Source: Bilabrum cf. latius
Taxonomy: Eukaryota
Assembly: GCA_965178125.1 (NCBI GenBank)
Contig: OZ237752.1
Location: 868,001 to 932,000 of the forward strand
Direction of reading: 5' to 3'
Length of the DNA: 64,000 nucleotides
Both the position numbers and the translations under genes were made by a program. This document shows positions 13,069-24,993 of this stretch, piece by piece. Numbering within the stretch: the first letter of the stretch is position 1; every line of letters begins with the position of its first letter. Under the pieces are notes generated by a model. The model was not told the DNA's origin. It ran no database searches and saw only the letters and a list, made by a program, of their open reading frames with translations.

Positions 13069-16000
13069 TCACACTGCTGTGACGATACCACGAGGCATGC
13101 CCATCGAGAGATACATGTCCTTCATGGTCGTCACGAAGGTGTTGCTACCGCACAGCGTCACACTAAGAAGATCTCGAGGTGGCAAGATCGCTGCTAGCTG
13201 CTTGTCATCGACCCTGCCCACATGCAGGTTCTCGTACGAATGCAGCGGATGAGATCCCAGCACCTTCCGCTTGATGTTGATGTGAAGCTCAAAGTATGGG
13301 CACTTATTAGCCGCGTCCAGCAGCCACTCCGCTTCGAGCACCTCGTCCTCGCATCCGAACACCACGAGCAGCACCAGCTTAAGGTCGTTGAAGCTCTTCT
13401 TGTCGATGCCGCTAGAATTCTCCGAGTCGCTGGAGGACTCCACCTCGGACGGCTCTGCAGTAATGAGCCGTGAGCTCTTCACGGACGCTCGCTGAGACTT
13501 TACGTACCTCTTGGCCGCCTACAAATCCACACCAGCGGAAGCTGCTATGTCGTCGTCTGTGGGGGCAGATCTCCGCTGCGTCCTGCCGCCTGTACCTGCT
13601 TGATGGTGCGGTGCTGATGGAAGCGAATTGCGTCGACCAGCGACAGCCATGGGCTGCAGGCGCCGCGACGAGTCGCTCGACCGCTTGGACTCGCCACGGC
13701 TGGTGGTTCCTGCCCCTTCCAATGAGCTTCCCGAGTGGGTCCTACCTTTGCCCGAGGTGAAGGGCACGTGAGCGCTGTTCAAGAGCTTGTCCGGGTCATC
13801 CACACCGACCACGCTCTCGTTCCCGCTCGACTTCTCAGTTACATCTGACGAGCGCCGCATGCCCATCCTCTTGGGACTCAGCTGCCGACCGATATCGTTC
13901 GTAGCATGAAGGATATCTGCAGCCGAGCTGTTCTTGGCCAAGAATATATCAGCATCCTTCAAGGTTCCGCCGTGCATCGGGGTGTGAGCGGGTGCAACCG
14001 CTGCGGCTCCGTGCGGCGACAGTTGATGAGCAGCCACGTGGGGCAAGCTTCCCATGGAAGCCGCCCTATGGAGCGTGGCCCTCGACAGATACACGTTCTG
14101 GTGCTCCTTCAGCTGGATGCCCTGCTCTTTCTCGTACTCGAATTTGGCAATAAGGTACTGGATCAGGTCGTAGTACGTGAAGGAGCATGTGCCGAGGGCC
14201 ACGCCCACCACCACTCCAGAGCTCGTGTCGTCGAGATGCAGCCCGACTCCTCTAGGCCCTGACATCTCGATGGAGCCGCCGTCGTGTACCTTGTGAATCA
14301 AGGGAGACACCTCACCGCCCTCGTACTTGCGCACAAACAGCTCCATCCCTGGCTTGCCTGGCCGCCTCACGATCGTGTACGGACGCATCACGTATCCCTG
14401 GCCCTCCGAGGCCAAAGACGTACCATAACTCCCTAGGTAGGACATCTGAGTGTGATTGCACTGCATCCGAACAAGCATGTAGCGGCCGAAAGTGGATGGC
14501 TTCCACTCGTGTGGCTCCGAACCCTCTGCGCCTGGCCGCCGCAGCACGAGCCGCTTCACGGGGCGCTTGTCGCGGAGGCTGATCGATTCAGCGCGCCGGA
14601 CCGTCCAAGCCTCCCAGACATCGTTATCTTCGACCGTGGCCTCTGCCCATGCCTTTCCCTTCTTTCCCTTGGCTGCCCCGTGCTTCAACACCCCCACGCA
14701 CATGCTGCGTAGGAGATCTCTGGCCCTGGTGCTGTGCACGTGCTTGCCCACGTGGCGGTCGGATGCCTCCCGTCCGTAGAAGAACTGGTGGATGTCGGAA
14801 CCGATGCACCGCTCCACGAGGTAGGCCCCACCAGGATGGTTGCGGACGAAATTCGTCACGTCGAACACCCAGCCCTCCAGTAGCACCAGCTTGCTGCCGT
14901 TGCGGACGCTCCGCCTCACGTCTTGCATCGACATTGACTGCGCGCTGTTCGCGATGAAGTCGCGCTTGAGCGTAGTGACGGTCTTGCCACCAACGATGGA
15001 GGCAGGAGCTGCCAGCGTCTCCCGCATCACCTCGTCGTACACGCCCAGGGCAGCGTACGCGAGGCAGATGAGCACGAGATACCCCAGAACGTAGTATCTT
15101 GCCTCGGGCAGCAGCATGGACACGCCGAGGTACACGTTCACCATGCCCAGCCCCGCCATGAGCCAACCTAGGATTCGGTGCCCTTGCATCACCCAAACGA
15201 ACTCAGAGGGCGGCTTCTTCTCTCCTCTTAGCCAGTTGCGGGCCGCGGCACCGAGCACGACCTGGATGATGATGACGATGGCGAGAGTCACGCCGAAGTA
15301 GGCATGGATCTAGGCGTTGCTAGTCTGGGTCGCCGCAATGGCCGCGCCTGCCGCAGGGATGGTCAAAGTGGCGGCCATCATCATGGTCCACCGGTGGAAC
15401 TGCTGGTAGAAGGAAAGGTGCCGGAAGAAGCGCACCGTGAACACGCCCATGGGCACCATGAGTCCCCAGGTGGCGAACATGCTGATGCCGTGGAAGCCGT
15501 ACGCGGCCAGGCGGGCGTTCCGGTAGGCATTTCCACCGGCGCCGCTGATTCGTGCTGTTGCGGTGCCGTTGCCGGTGGGCTGCTGAAAGAGATCCACAGA
15601 TGCCATGGCTCTGTTAGGCCCGTGCGCTCCAACGGCGTCCGAGCCCGTGTCCCACGCGAAGATCAATGGCGTGTCGCCAGTCGTGATTGGAATGTCGTCT
15701 CCATCTCCAGTATCTAGCGCGCGTCGGAATGTGATCGATGTCACCCCGTCAGCCTCTGTAGCTGATACCACCTCTGCGTCCTGCTGACCGTCCCGAACAG
15801 GCATGGCATAGCCAGCGGAGATCGTGTCTGAAATCTCGGCCTCGCCATTCCTGACGGCCATCGTGATGATGTCCGCATTGGACATGCCCTGACCGACCCC
15901 CCAAGCCATCCACCCGGTACCCTGCAGCGTGAGAGTGATGTCGATGCTGGTGTCGGTGTCTGCCGGTGGCGCCCACTCCATGCTGATCACGTCCTCGACG

Positions 16001-18781
16001 ATCACGATCGTGTTGGTCAAGGGGACCGCGCCTCCGGAGCCAGCGCCGCCAGAGCCGGCTGGGCTGTCGCTGCTACTCGAGTTCTCGGTCGGCGACGCTC
16101 CAGTGTCTGGGGGGTCGCTGGCGGGACACACGGGGCATTGGGTGCAGATAGTTGAACCATCGCTGTTGCCGGTGCCGGTGCCGGTGCCAGTTGTCGAACC
16201 GCCGGTTTCACTCTGCGCAAAGAGAGGCACTCGAACCGAGATTCGCTGATTTCCATGGAACCCAACAGTGCTCTCGGTGGTGGACCACGCGAACAGCATC
16301 TCGACGCTGCCGCCGTCCGCCCATGTCAGCTGGAAGTCGTCCCCATCGACAGTGATGAGATCTCTCTCTACCGTCCACGTGGTCGCCCCGCCGGTCTGGG
16401 AGGCAGATACGACCCGCCAGTCCTGCTGCGCGTCCACATCGGGCAGAGCATACGAAGTTGCTTTGCCGTCCACTGCAACTCCCCTGCCGTTTGCGAACGT
16501 CAGGGAAACGACGTCGCTGCCCCGCATCCGGGTGCCGAAGCCTGCACCCACCCACCCCGTGCCGTCCAGCTCCAGCGTGACAAGTATCTCCGTGTCGGTT
16601 TCCGTGACCTGGTTCCAGCGCATGGTGAGCTTGTCCGAGACCGCCAGCTCCATGGTGGGTCCGCCCGGCGAGGAAGTTTGCGGGTCGCTGCCCTGAGCTG
16701 GGGTGGCTTCGATGGGCACTGCAGGAGCCACGGCGCCCTCGGGCTGCACCTCGAGGCCCATGAAAGTGACTTCATCAATGGTGCGAAACACGGATGATGG
16801 CGCGTTGGTGAAGTCGGTGTTCCGCCGGATGACGTCGGAGAGCTTGGTCGCATCGATCTCCTCGATCTCCTCATCGCTGAGGTAACGCACGAAGCGGCCG
16901 TCCTTGAACCCCCCCGCCTCCCGGTTCTTGTAGTAGAAGCGGTCGCTGTCCCTGGATCGGATCATTTGTTCCCTGATGATGACCCGGAAGGTCTCGGACA
17001 CGAAGGCCTGCCCCGAGGACTCCTCCGCAAGCCCACCCACCCACAGGTCGACGTCGTCCACCGAGGCGTACAGGGACCTGAGCTTCTCTGCCACCTGCAG
17101 GTTGGAGGTGATGTCCTCGAAGTCACGAGGGCGAGATAGACCGTACTGCTGCCTTGCCGTGGCATAGGACGCGATGCCCGCGTCCCTACCCCTGACAATG
17201 TCGATCACGGCGAGGTCTTGCTTGATGCCCTCCACCCAGTTCCGGACGTCATCCACCATGGCCGTGTCGATTGCCTGCTCGGGCTGCAGCACCAAGCCCC
17301 GCAGATAGTCTCCAATGGTGCTCCACTCCAAGTAGGACGGGTTGAAGTAGACATCCCGTAGCAGCAGGTGGCCTTGGGGGCAGTTGGTCCCGTCTGGCTT
17401 CACGCACCAGTACACCTGGTTGATCCCGCTGTGGCCGTAGCGGTAGGCCGCCACCGCAAACGCCAGGTCAACGGATGGATCTAAGCCGGGGTTGTAGCCC
17501 GTGTAGTCAGGCAGCGGTTCGCCCAAAAGTAGCGGGGTGTACTCGTTGTAGGTGATGGACTAGATGATGGCGCGAACACGGATGCGGGCCTCCTGGAAGA
17601 GCAGCTCGTCGGACCAACTCGGATGCTCTTGGTGCAAGCGTTCTGCTTGACGATTGTGCTCGAGGATGAAAAGGCAGTGTAGCGCCAGGATGCCGGGGTT
17701 TACGTTGCCCCGGTCGTCGCCAGTGAGCCGTTGGCTGGCCGAGTTTCCGAATGGACCCGCCATCGGTGCCGTCTGACTGTTTCGCGGGCAGCCATTCACG
17801 GAATCGTGCTTCAATTGACCCCAATGAAACGTCCTTAATTCGCGAACCCTACTAAACGAAGCTCCGTACACAGTGCTGCCATCAATGAAAGCGGTTTGGG
17901 CATTGAGGGGCTGCCGCGGGTTCTGCGGGCTCGAGCCAGTCAAGGGGTCATAGCTGCACAAGAAAAAGTAAAATGTGTAGCAGTGGAAGAATGTGTAGCA
18001 ACAGTAATAGCGTGGTGGTTCTAGAAGTGTACATCAATGGTCGCGGCACGAAGCTGGGAGGATGCATGCGAACAGTCGACGTAACTTACTTCATCCGCTT
18101 GACAGGAATGCTATGCCCCTCGAAATGCGTGTCACCGGTGGGTACTGCAACAGAAATTACTTCGTTGGGATCGGACGCATTGTGAGGCGTCGTTCGAATC
18201 ACATCATGGGCGATGAACTGCGAGGTTGGGCGCTTGGAAGGCATGAATTGATTGCTGCATTTGTAATCCGCACGAGCCGCATGCATCAAGCCTTCGAAAG
18301 GAACTCATGACACATGATTCCAATGATGGCGCTTACCTGACCTGCGATGCAGAAGTGGTCGGCGAGAGTTGTGAGAGAGTGATACACGTAGAGCCGGAGC
18401 ATGATGACCTGCTCATGAATGTCCAAACTGATACTCGCTGCGTCCACGCCACAACATGGAAGGGTACACACTGGTTAATAGTTAGGCGCTCTTACCCCAT
18501 GCTGCAGCCATAAACGCTATTTGAGCTTTGTTGTACGAGAAAGGTGGCACGCCGAAGAGCTCGGAGGACACCAGCCGAGCATTTGGAAGATGGGCACCAA
18601 TTGAGCCCGTGCCGTCGCTGAAGAACGCCATCTGATGCTTCCTAAGAAATCTACTGCCGGGTGTTCCCATGTTTCCATCGATCGGGTTGTTGCTTCTTCC
18701 ATCAATTGCGCTGTGGACAGCACTCTGTCCTGCTGCCAGCGATCCGGAAATGGTAAGCAGACACATAATACGGCACGGCAT
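13069..18781 (-). CDS. Multidomain protein: signal peptide, animal-type heme peroxidase, 2x DOMON, cytochrome b561, cytochrome b5, FAD/NAD(P)H reductase (~1767 aa); exons 18781-18496, 18341-18337, 18217-18090, 17953-13069
   Basis: Peroxidase: IDGRSNN, LPNARLVS, WGQFIAHD (spliced), TAFIDGSTVYG, GDDRGN, FILEHNR, AII(Q)SITYNEY, AAYRYGHS, DIVRGRDAG, DVDLWVGGLAE. DOMON x2: GWVGAGFG..MRGSD..FHG and GWMAWGVG..MSNAD..AHG. b561 with four His: FHGISMFATWG, FHRW, IHAYFG, GHRILG. b5: VFDVTNFVRNHPGG..HVHS. Reductase: RPYT, VRKYEGGEVS, SGPRG, LCGS. TAG at 17560, 15310, 13519; ends TGA. Confidence 0.88.
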
Positions 18782-19136
18782 GACAGCGTGGTACTGATTT
18801 TCGGGTGGATTGCGATGCAATGGACAAAGTACTGTGCCTGCACTACACACTGATGTCGCACAGCGGTCGCTAGAGTTGTTTTGGTCGCACCGAGCGCTGG
18901 CGCAGCGCTCGCTAGAAAAGCTCACGTTACCTCAAATCCGATTAGATAAAACACCACCTGCATGAGTTCCTCTTGGCAGCATCTTGATCGAAGTTCCTTT
19001 ATTCAGGTCGGCGTGGAATAATTGCTGAACCACTTGTTGGCTGCACGGTGCCAGCCTCGAGCCAAACCTGCAATCACTTGCCAGCTTCTCCCGAGCGGAG
19101 CAACCGGCCAGAAGGCATGCCATCGAACGGTGGCAG

Positions 19137-22100
19137 TCACTTGTGGCGCCAAAAAAGCGCGTGCGAGCAAGCTGCGGCCAAGACTCCAACCAGAGCAAGC
19201 AGTAGCGGCGCACCGAGTACTGCAACTCGCTCCAGGACGAAGAGCCGCTACGGTGCTCGTCGAGGTCCCACGCTGTGGGCACCAGATACATCGCATGCTT
19301 CCCACGGACACGCCCCAACCGCGCACACCACGGACCAAGCAACCGTCACAAGAATAACAATGGCCTCAAACCCCCGGGGCAGCCACGAGTACTGCTGCAA
19401 GGCTCGCACCCAATCCGCTCGCGTGTCCCGCCCGGTTCTACCTCCCTGCCATATCACTCCTTGCGCGTCCCAGTCGATCAGAGCCAAGGCGATGGATGCA
19501 TTGACGGCCGCTGGCGACCACTGCGCTCGAGCCCTCCATTCATCGGAGCGCATAGCAACCACAGACTCGAGACTCGCCCACGGCCCGTCAGATCCAAAGT
19601 CCCGGCTCCCTGCTTGCGCGCTAGCGTGCGCGTCGTCTGTGAAACTGCTCCGACTGTTTAGATCATATCTCCCGAGCGAGGCAAGCCCGCTGAAGCGCTG
19701 TGACCTGGCCAGTCGAGAGGGCTGCTCAACTTCAGACAGGGGCAGCTCTGGCTCTGGGCTGGAAGCCCACTCCTCGCCGCTATGCATGGGAGGCGCGCCT
19801 GCCTCGTCCTGTCGATCGTCTCGCTCTGCAGTGTAATCCGCGACCACATCGTTCTCACGCTCCGACGGAATAATGCCAACCCTACCCTGCTCCGTGGTGC
19901 CAGTGATGTCAGTGCCGCTCGTGTCTGTGGCAGAATGGCGAGCTTGCTGGTGCATGCCTTTGGAACTGCCCATGCCGGCAACGCTCCACTCTTCCATGCC
20001 CACGCCCATGCCGTGGCCTCGGATACTCCGCCCTGCGGTCTAAGCATTGGATGCTCCTCCTTCCCAGGCCTGCTTCCTGACCGTTACCCCCTCACGGCGG
20101 TCCTCCTCGCTGGAAGCAAGGAGCTTTCCGAGCGCCGCATTGCCCTGGTGCCTGCACGGCCTTGCAGGGCCCGGCTCTTCGAGTGCAACGCGTGGCGTGT
20201 CTGGCAGGTAGCCAGCAGATTCTGGCAGGGTAGGTCCCTCGAGCATGGCCAAATCCACCATCTGAATACCCGCGCCTTCCGGTGCGACAGGCACAGCTGT
20301 GGAGCCCATGCTCCTCTCAGCTGGCCCCGCGGTGGTCTTTGCCACCTGAGGGATGGAGCTCAGCGCCACGTCGCGCCTGCCAACTACGAGAGTCATGCGG
20401 TAGAGAAAGAGCACTAGCACAGTTACTGAGAGCAGCACTGCTGGCAGCCCCAGCCTGGCCCGGCTCAGTGCAACTATACACACGACCAATGCCACTTGCT
20501 TGAACAAGCCTAGCACACCCACTGCACGGAACTGGATAGACGTCTTCCAAGTGTCTTCAGCCCTATTGCCGTTGCCACGCCCGCCCTAGGTCAGTGATCG
20601 CGTACGATCGGCGGCTAGCAGCATTTGATGGCCCGATGTGCTGCCAGTCTTCCGCTCTGTTGGCTCACACCAGCACGTGTATGCTGCAGCGGTCAGCACA
20701 GCCACGGTAGCAATGGCGAGGCACATGATCGCAGCTAGTGAGGCTCCGTTGGTAACTCGGGAACCGCACGCAGCTGGCGACGATGCAACGCCTCCGGCGA
20801 GGCAAGGCAGCATTACTCGCACGTCTATGCTATCCAGCCGAGCCGCTGGCAGCCACACCCCGGCAGGAACCCCTGCGAGCAGATGTTGCTGCAGCTGCCG
20901 GGCCACCGCTCCAGAAGATCTGCTCCGTGCGACAGACGGGTTATAGTTGGACACCCGCTGGTCTTTGTTCGTGGGCCGCAGAGGTTCTAGCTCAACCACG
21001 ATATCGATCTCCATGGCCAGCTTCGGTGGGCTGGTTGCAACATCGTCCGTGCGCAAGCAATCGCCCGACAGTGTCTGGTCGTAAGGCGAATCCGTGGGAA
21101 GAATCGACCGCAAGTCCTGAATATCAACGCGTACAACTCGATCGAAGCTAGTGCTGCTATTGGGGTGCTGCCTCCACTCTCCTGTCAGGTCCCTGACGTC
21201 ACTCTCAACCTCGTGCATCATGTACTGCAGCTGCGCCGCAGTCGGCATCGGGAAAGAGAGGCCCGGTCCGACAGTCACAGTCTCATCCACCGATACAGAA
21301 GCGGGGTACTAGTTCCTGTCAAATGCTAGCGTGAAGGATACGAGAGCGATGCCAGCCGGTTCGCGCTCGGCAAACCGTGGCCACGCGTTCCACGCCCGCA
21401 GCCACTTCGACACCCCTGCTGGCCCGTCCTGCATGCACTGTATGGCAGGCAAATCAGGCATCCCTGCACCAGAAGCGCCCCCTGGATTAAGGTACGATGG
21501 CGGTTGCACTGGCCTGCGTCTGTCGGCAAACAACCCTTTTGCAAACGGAGGCAGGTCAGACCCGAACCCCACTTGGTCTACCTCAGGCTGCTGCAGGGCA
21601 GGGGTGCCAGTCCAGAAGGACCACCATATGCGGGCAAGCGACGCAGACATCCTCCAACCTTCAGCATCCACTGACGAGTGGCCATCGGACGTGTTGGACT
21701 GACTCTCCACCCATGCCTCGAGCGCAAGGTCCACAGGGACTTGGCTTGGGTCCCGACAAACCATCCTGCACAGCGGCCTGCCCACGAATCCACCCGTTTC
21801 AGACGCCTGCCCGCATTCCCAGTACCCGCCCACGATCGAAGGCAGGCTGCGATTCAGTGCCACTGAAGGAACAGCGCGAGCCAACGCATTCCCACGGTAC
21901 CTCGCGATCGGCCCGATGACCGGGGATACGTCAAAGGGAAGTCTCCAGGGCACAGAGGCAGGTGGCATGAGCTCTCTGCGGCTCGGATCCGGCACATCGG
22001 TCAGGGGACATATCACGTTATCCACGTACTGATACTGAGCTGGGCTCGAACCGTTCCACCTGCCGCGCCGAGCGGGAGACACGGAGAACCCCATGCCACC

Positions 22101-23666
22101 CACCGTGGCGGCTCTGGAAGAGCTCCCAGCCGGGTAGTCAAAGTGGGTGAGGTCGACGTTCCACTCGCTCGTGTTGAGCGTGTATGTGGGGGAACAGCCT
22201 ATCCGGACCGAGCGGTCGTGGGCAGGCAGGGTGAGCTGATGCCTGATCCAATGCTATGCAGCCGCCTGATATGCTGTGGAATTGGGCTATGCGCCTTTGG
22301 GAGGCTTGAATCCGTCAGACTTGCAGGAGCGACTTGAGATGCAGTCCGGGTTGTCCAGCAGCACCATAGTTGCTCTGACCCGTGGCTGACCGGGTACGAA
22401 CTGGTTTGCCGCCGGCTTGGTGTAGCACCTGATATCGCCTGGTGCTGCTCCATCGATCGCGACCTGCTGCACGTGCATTGGGTTCACCCGCCAGGGGTAG
22501 TCAAGCCGGGGATCATCTTTGCGCCAGGACCCCAGCATCGCGAGGGGGAGCTCTGCAACGGTACCAGGGGGATACGTCACCGTGATGGCCTGGTGCCAGC
22601 GTCTGTGCACGATCTGGCTCTGTTGGCTCTCCCCTGAGGGCAGCATGGGCTAGCCAGAGTTCATCGCGAACGCAGTCATGGAGTACTGGTGCAGTGCACG
22701 ATCGTCTCGAGGGTAGCTCCGGTCGTCTGCCGCAGAGGCTGGGCCAGGGGAGTGCGGGCATGCTTCCGCGTCGGACACACTGGTATCGTTCTGCAGTTTG
22801 AATGCAATGTCATCTGGTTCATGCCTTGCTGCATTTTCTCCGCTCCACGCTGGCCACACGGTGGCTTGCCTGCACGTGTCATTCGGCAGCACTGGCTGGT
22901 CCATGGGCATGCACTCCGGCGACGTTGCCTAGCGTGGACAGACCGTCAGTCCCATGGCAGAGACAAGGGTCCGTTCGTACGAGTACGGGGTCCAGTGGAT
23001 GTTGCTTCCGTGCCGAAGCCAGTTGAATTGAAGCGTCGCCGTTCCGATGGGACCGATGTCCATTGGCCTCGGCAGCCAGTCGTATCCCGCTTCTGCCGCG
23101 CCACCAGCTGCTGGATGCGTCCACTACCCTCCCCGATACACTCCGTACCCAGACCCGAACAGACCGCCAGTTTTCTGATTATCAGCCTGACTGGGCTGCT
23201 GGAACAGGTAGAACCATACCTCCTCCGTCCACGGCTCCACGGATCGCGTGGGGGGGTGCAGGCCGGAGATCTGCGAGGCATCTGCAAGGCCCATGGTGGG
23301 CGGTTCTTGCGGCGAGGCAAGGGCAGGCGTGCAGCCGCTGTCACCCGCCATCACGCTTGGTACGAGGCTGGGAGCTCGCAGTCGGTCCGTGGCGCCGAGG
23401 ACCGGGGGCGTAGCTGGCGGCAGCATGGGGCCGGTGGACCAGTTCCACCGCTGCGTGGGAGAGCGAAATCGTTGGGCATCCCACGGTTGCGCCTCGAGAT
23501 TACACGGTCTTTCTGCTTGGACCGTCCTGGCGTCCTTTGAAAGAATTGCACGGGCAAGTCTGTTGCCTGATGTGCCGACACCAATGGAGACTGGGGTTGG
23601 TGTAAGCACCCATGTAGCTGCGAAGAGTGAAATGAAAATTACTAACACCGCGGTATCATTGAACAT
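19137..23666 (-). CDS. Large uncharacterised membrane/secretory protein (~1509 aa, 9 in-frame TAG)
   Basis: Seven ORF-track fragments are in one frame, broken only by TAG (23124, 22929, 22650, 22287, 22254, 21309, 20586, 20040, 19248). N-terminal hydrophobic segment (AVLVIFISLFAATWVL), Trp/Pro/Cys-rich body, several C-terminal TM-like segments. Ends TGA 19137-19139. No family recognised. Confidence 0.7.
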
Positions 23667-24124
23667 GCTAAGGCTACACCATTTCCTTCTCGGCCGCACG
23701 CGCGTGTGGTCACCCGAATTTTGACTTACTGTTGCACATCTGGTTCCGCTCCTAAGTTACGGGCGATCCAAGTGTGATAAGAACCTATGTTTTTCTAGCG
23801 TGCATCACTCTCTAGATCGTGTTACCCTAAATAGGCAGTGGGGATGCGACCGACATCGCGAGGAATACAAGCACAAAAGCAACGAGCACGCCAAGCATCG
23901 AATAATTGCCCGCTATAGTAACGAGTCGGATGCCTGGCCGGACACTATTTATATTAGCACGGTATACTCTCATCAAAGTCGGTGCAGGCTGCGCAATGTC
24001 TAGATTTCAACGAGGTATAGAAAAACCGGAACTTTTTCGTGCCGGCTGCATCAGTTGGTCGCAACAATCAATTGGATCGCGTGGGTCCACCAATACAACA
24101 AAAATCCAGTCAAGCCTAAAAAAT

Positions 24125-24993
24125 ATGGCCGGTCGCACAGGTTCAGTTATCTCTAGAAACTCTCGGGCTGTGTGGCTTGGTGATCGCGGTGTGAGTATCT
24201 GCCGTGTTCAGGACGCCGCCACAGTTGTGGATCCACCTTACGCTCCCAGCTTCCGCTGCTTCGCCAGTAACATCAAGCAAAAACAACCCTTTCGCTGCGC
24301 AGACGTATCCAGTTCTAGCTGCTCTAGGATTTGGCGTCGTGTTCGCCTCGTACACTAGCTACAGAACGCTTGTGAGCGCTGTTGCACTTAGGCTATGCCT
24401 AGCCGTTTGCAAGTTTCTGTGCGCCTACCATGCCATTGCGAACTAGCATCCGATTTATATCGCAGGTGTATAACCCTGACGTACAGTAAGACTCACTATC
24501 TGCGTTGATTGTTTGGAGGGCGCATGCATTCGAGCTATATTGTGCTACGTGTAGCGTCGTCACCCCTACCGCGAATCACCCGTTGAGGATCTCTTCTGGA
24601 TTGGAGCCCTCCATGCCGCAACACGTTCAGTTGGCCCGCCTAATATGAAACTAAATGATATTTTCTTGGAGTACCTGAGTGGGGCCATGTCTTGCGCAAG
24701 AGAGAGTACTCGTTCTTGGTGTTTCCCGGCACGCTCGGTTGCGTGGTGGCTATCACCGGCTGGCAAGGCTACGTGGGGTTGAAAAGTGCCAAAATTTCCA
24801 CTTTATTATATTCATTTGACTTGAACCCGTTCGCAGCTTTGACCGCTCCTACCGGAGCCAGCCCGTGAGGCCGGATGACCGCAGCGAGCAGGACTGGTGG
24901 CTGAAGCACCAGAAGAAGTGGTCCTACGGAGCCGACAAGAACCAGCGCCTAGCTTCCATCGGGCTGCATTCGCAAACCCCTGGTCGCCAGTGA
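24125..24993 (+). CDS. B12D/NDUFA4(MLRQ)-like small mitochondrial membrane protein (103 aa); exons 24125-24190, 24303-24371, 24466-24485, 24837-24993
   Basis: Canonical GTGAG/GTAAG...GCAG introns join MAGRTGSVISRNSRAVWLGDRG|TYPVLAALGFGVVFASYTSYRTL|VYNPDVH|FDRSYRSQPVRPDD...-TGA. The pattern W..D.G.YP-hydrophobic-R.L..NPDV is typical of B12D/NDUFA4. Confidence 0.75.
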
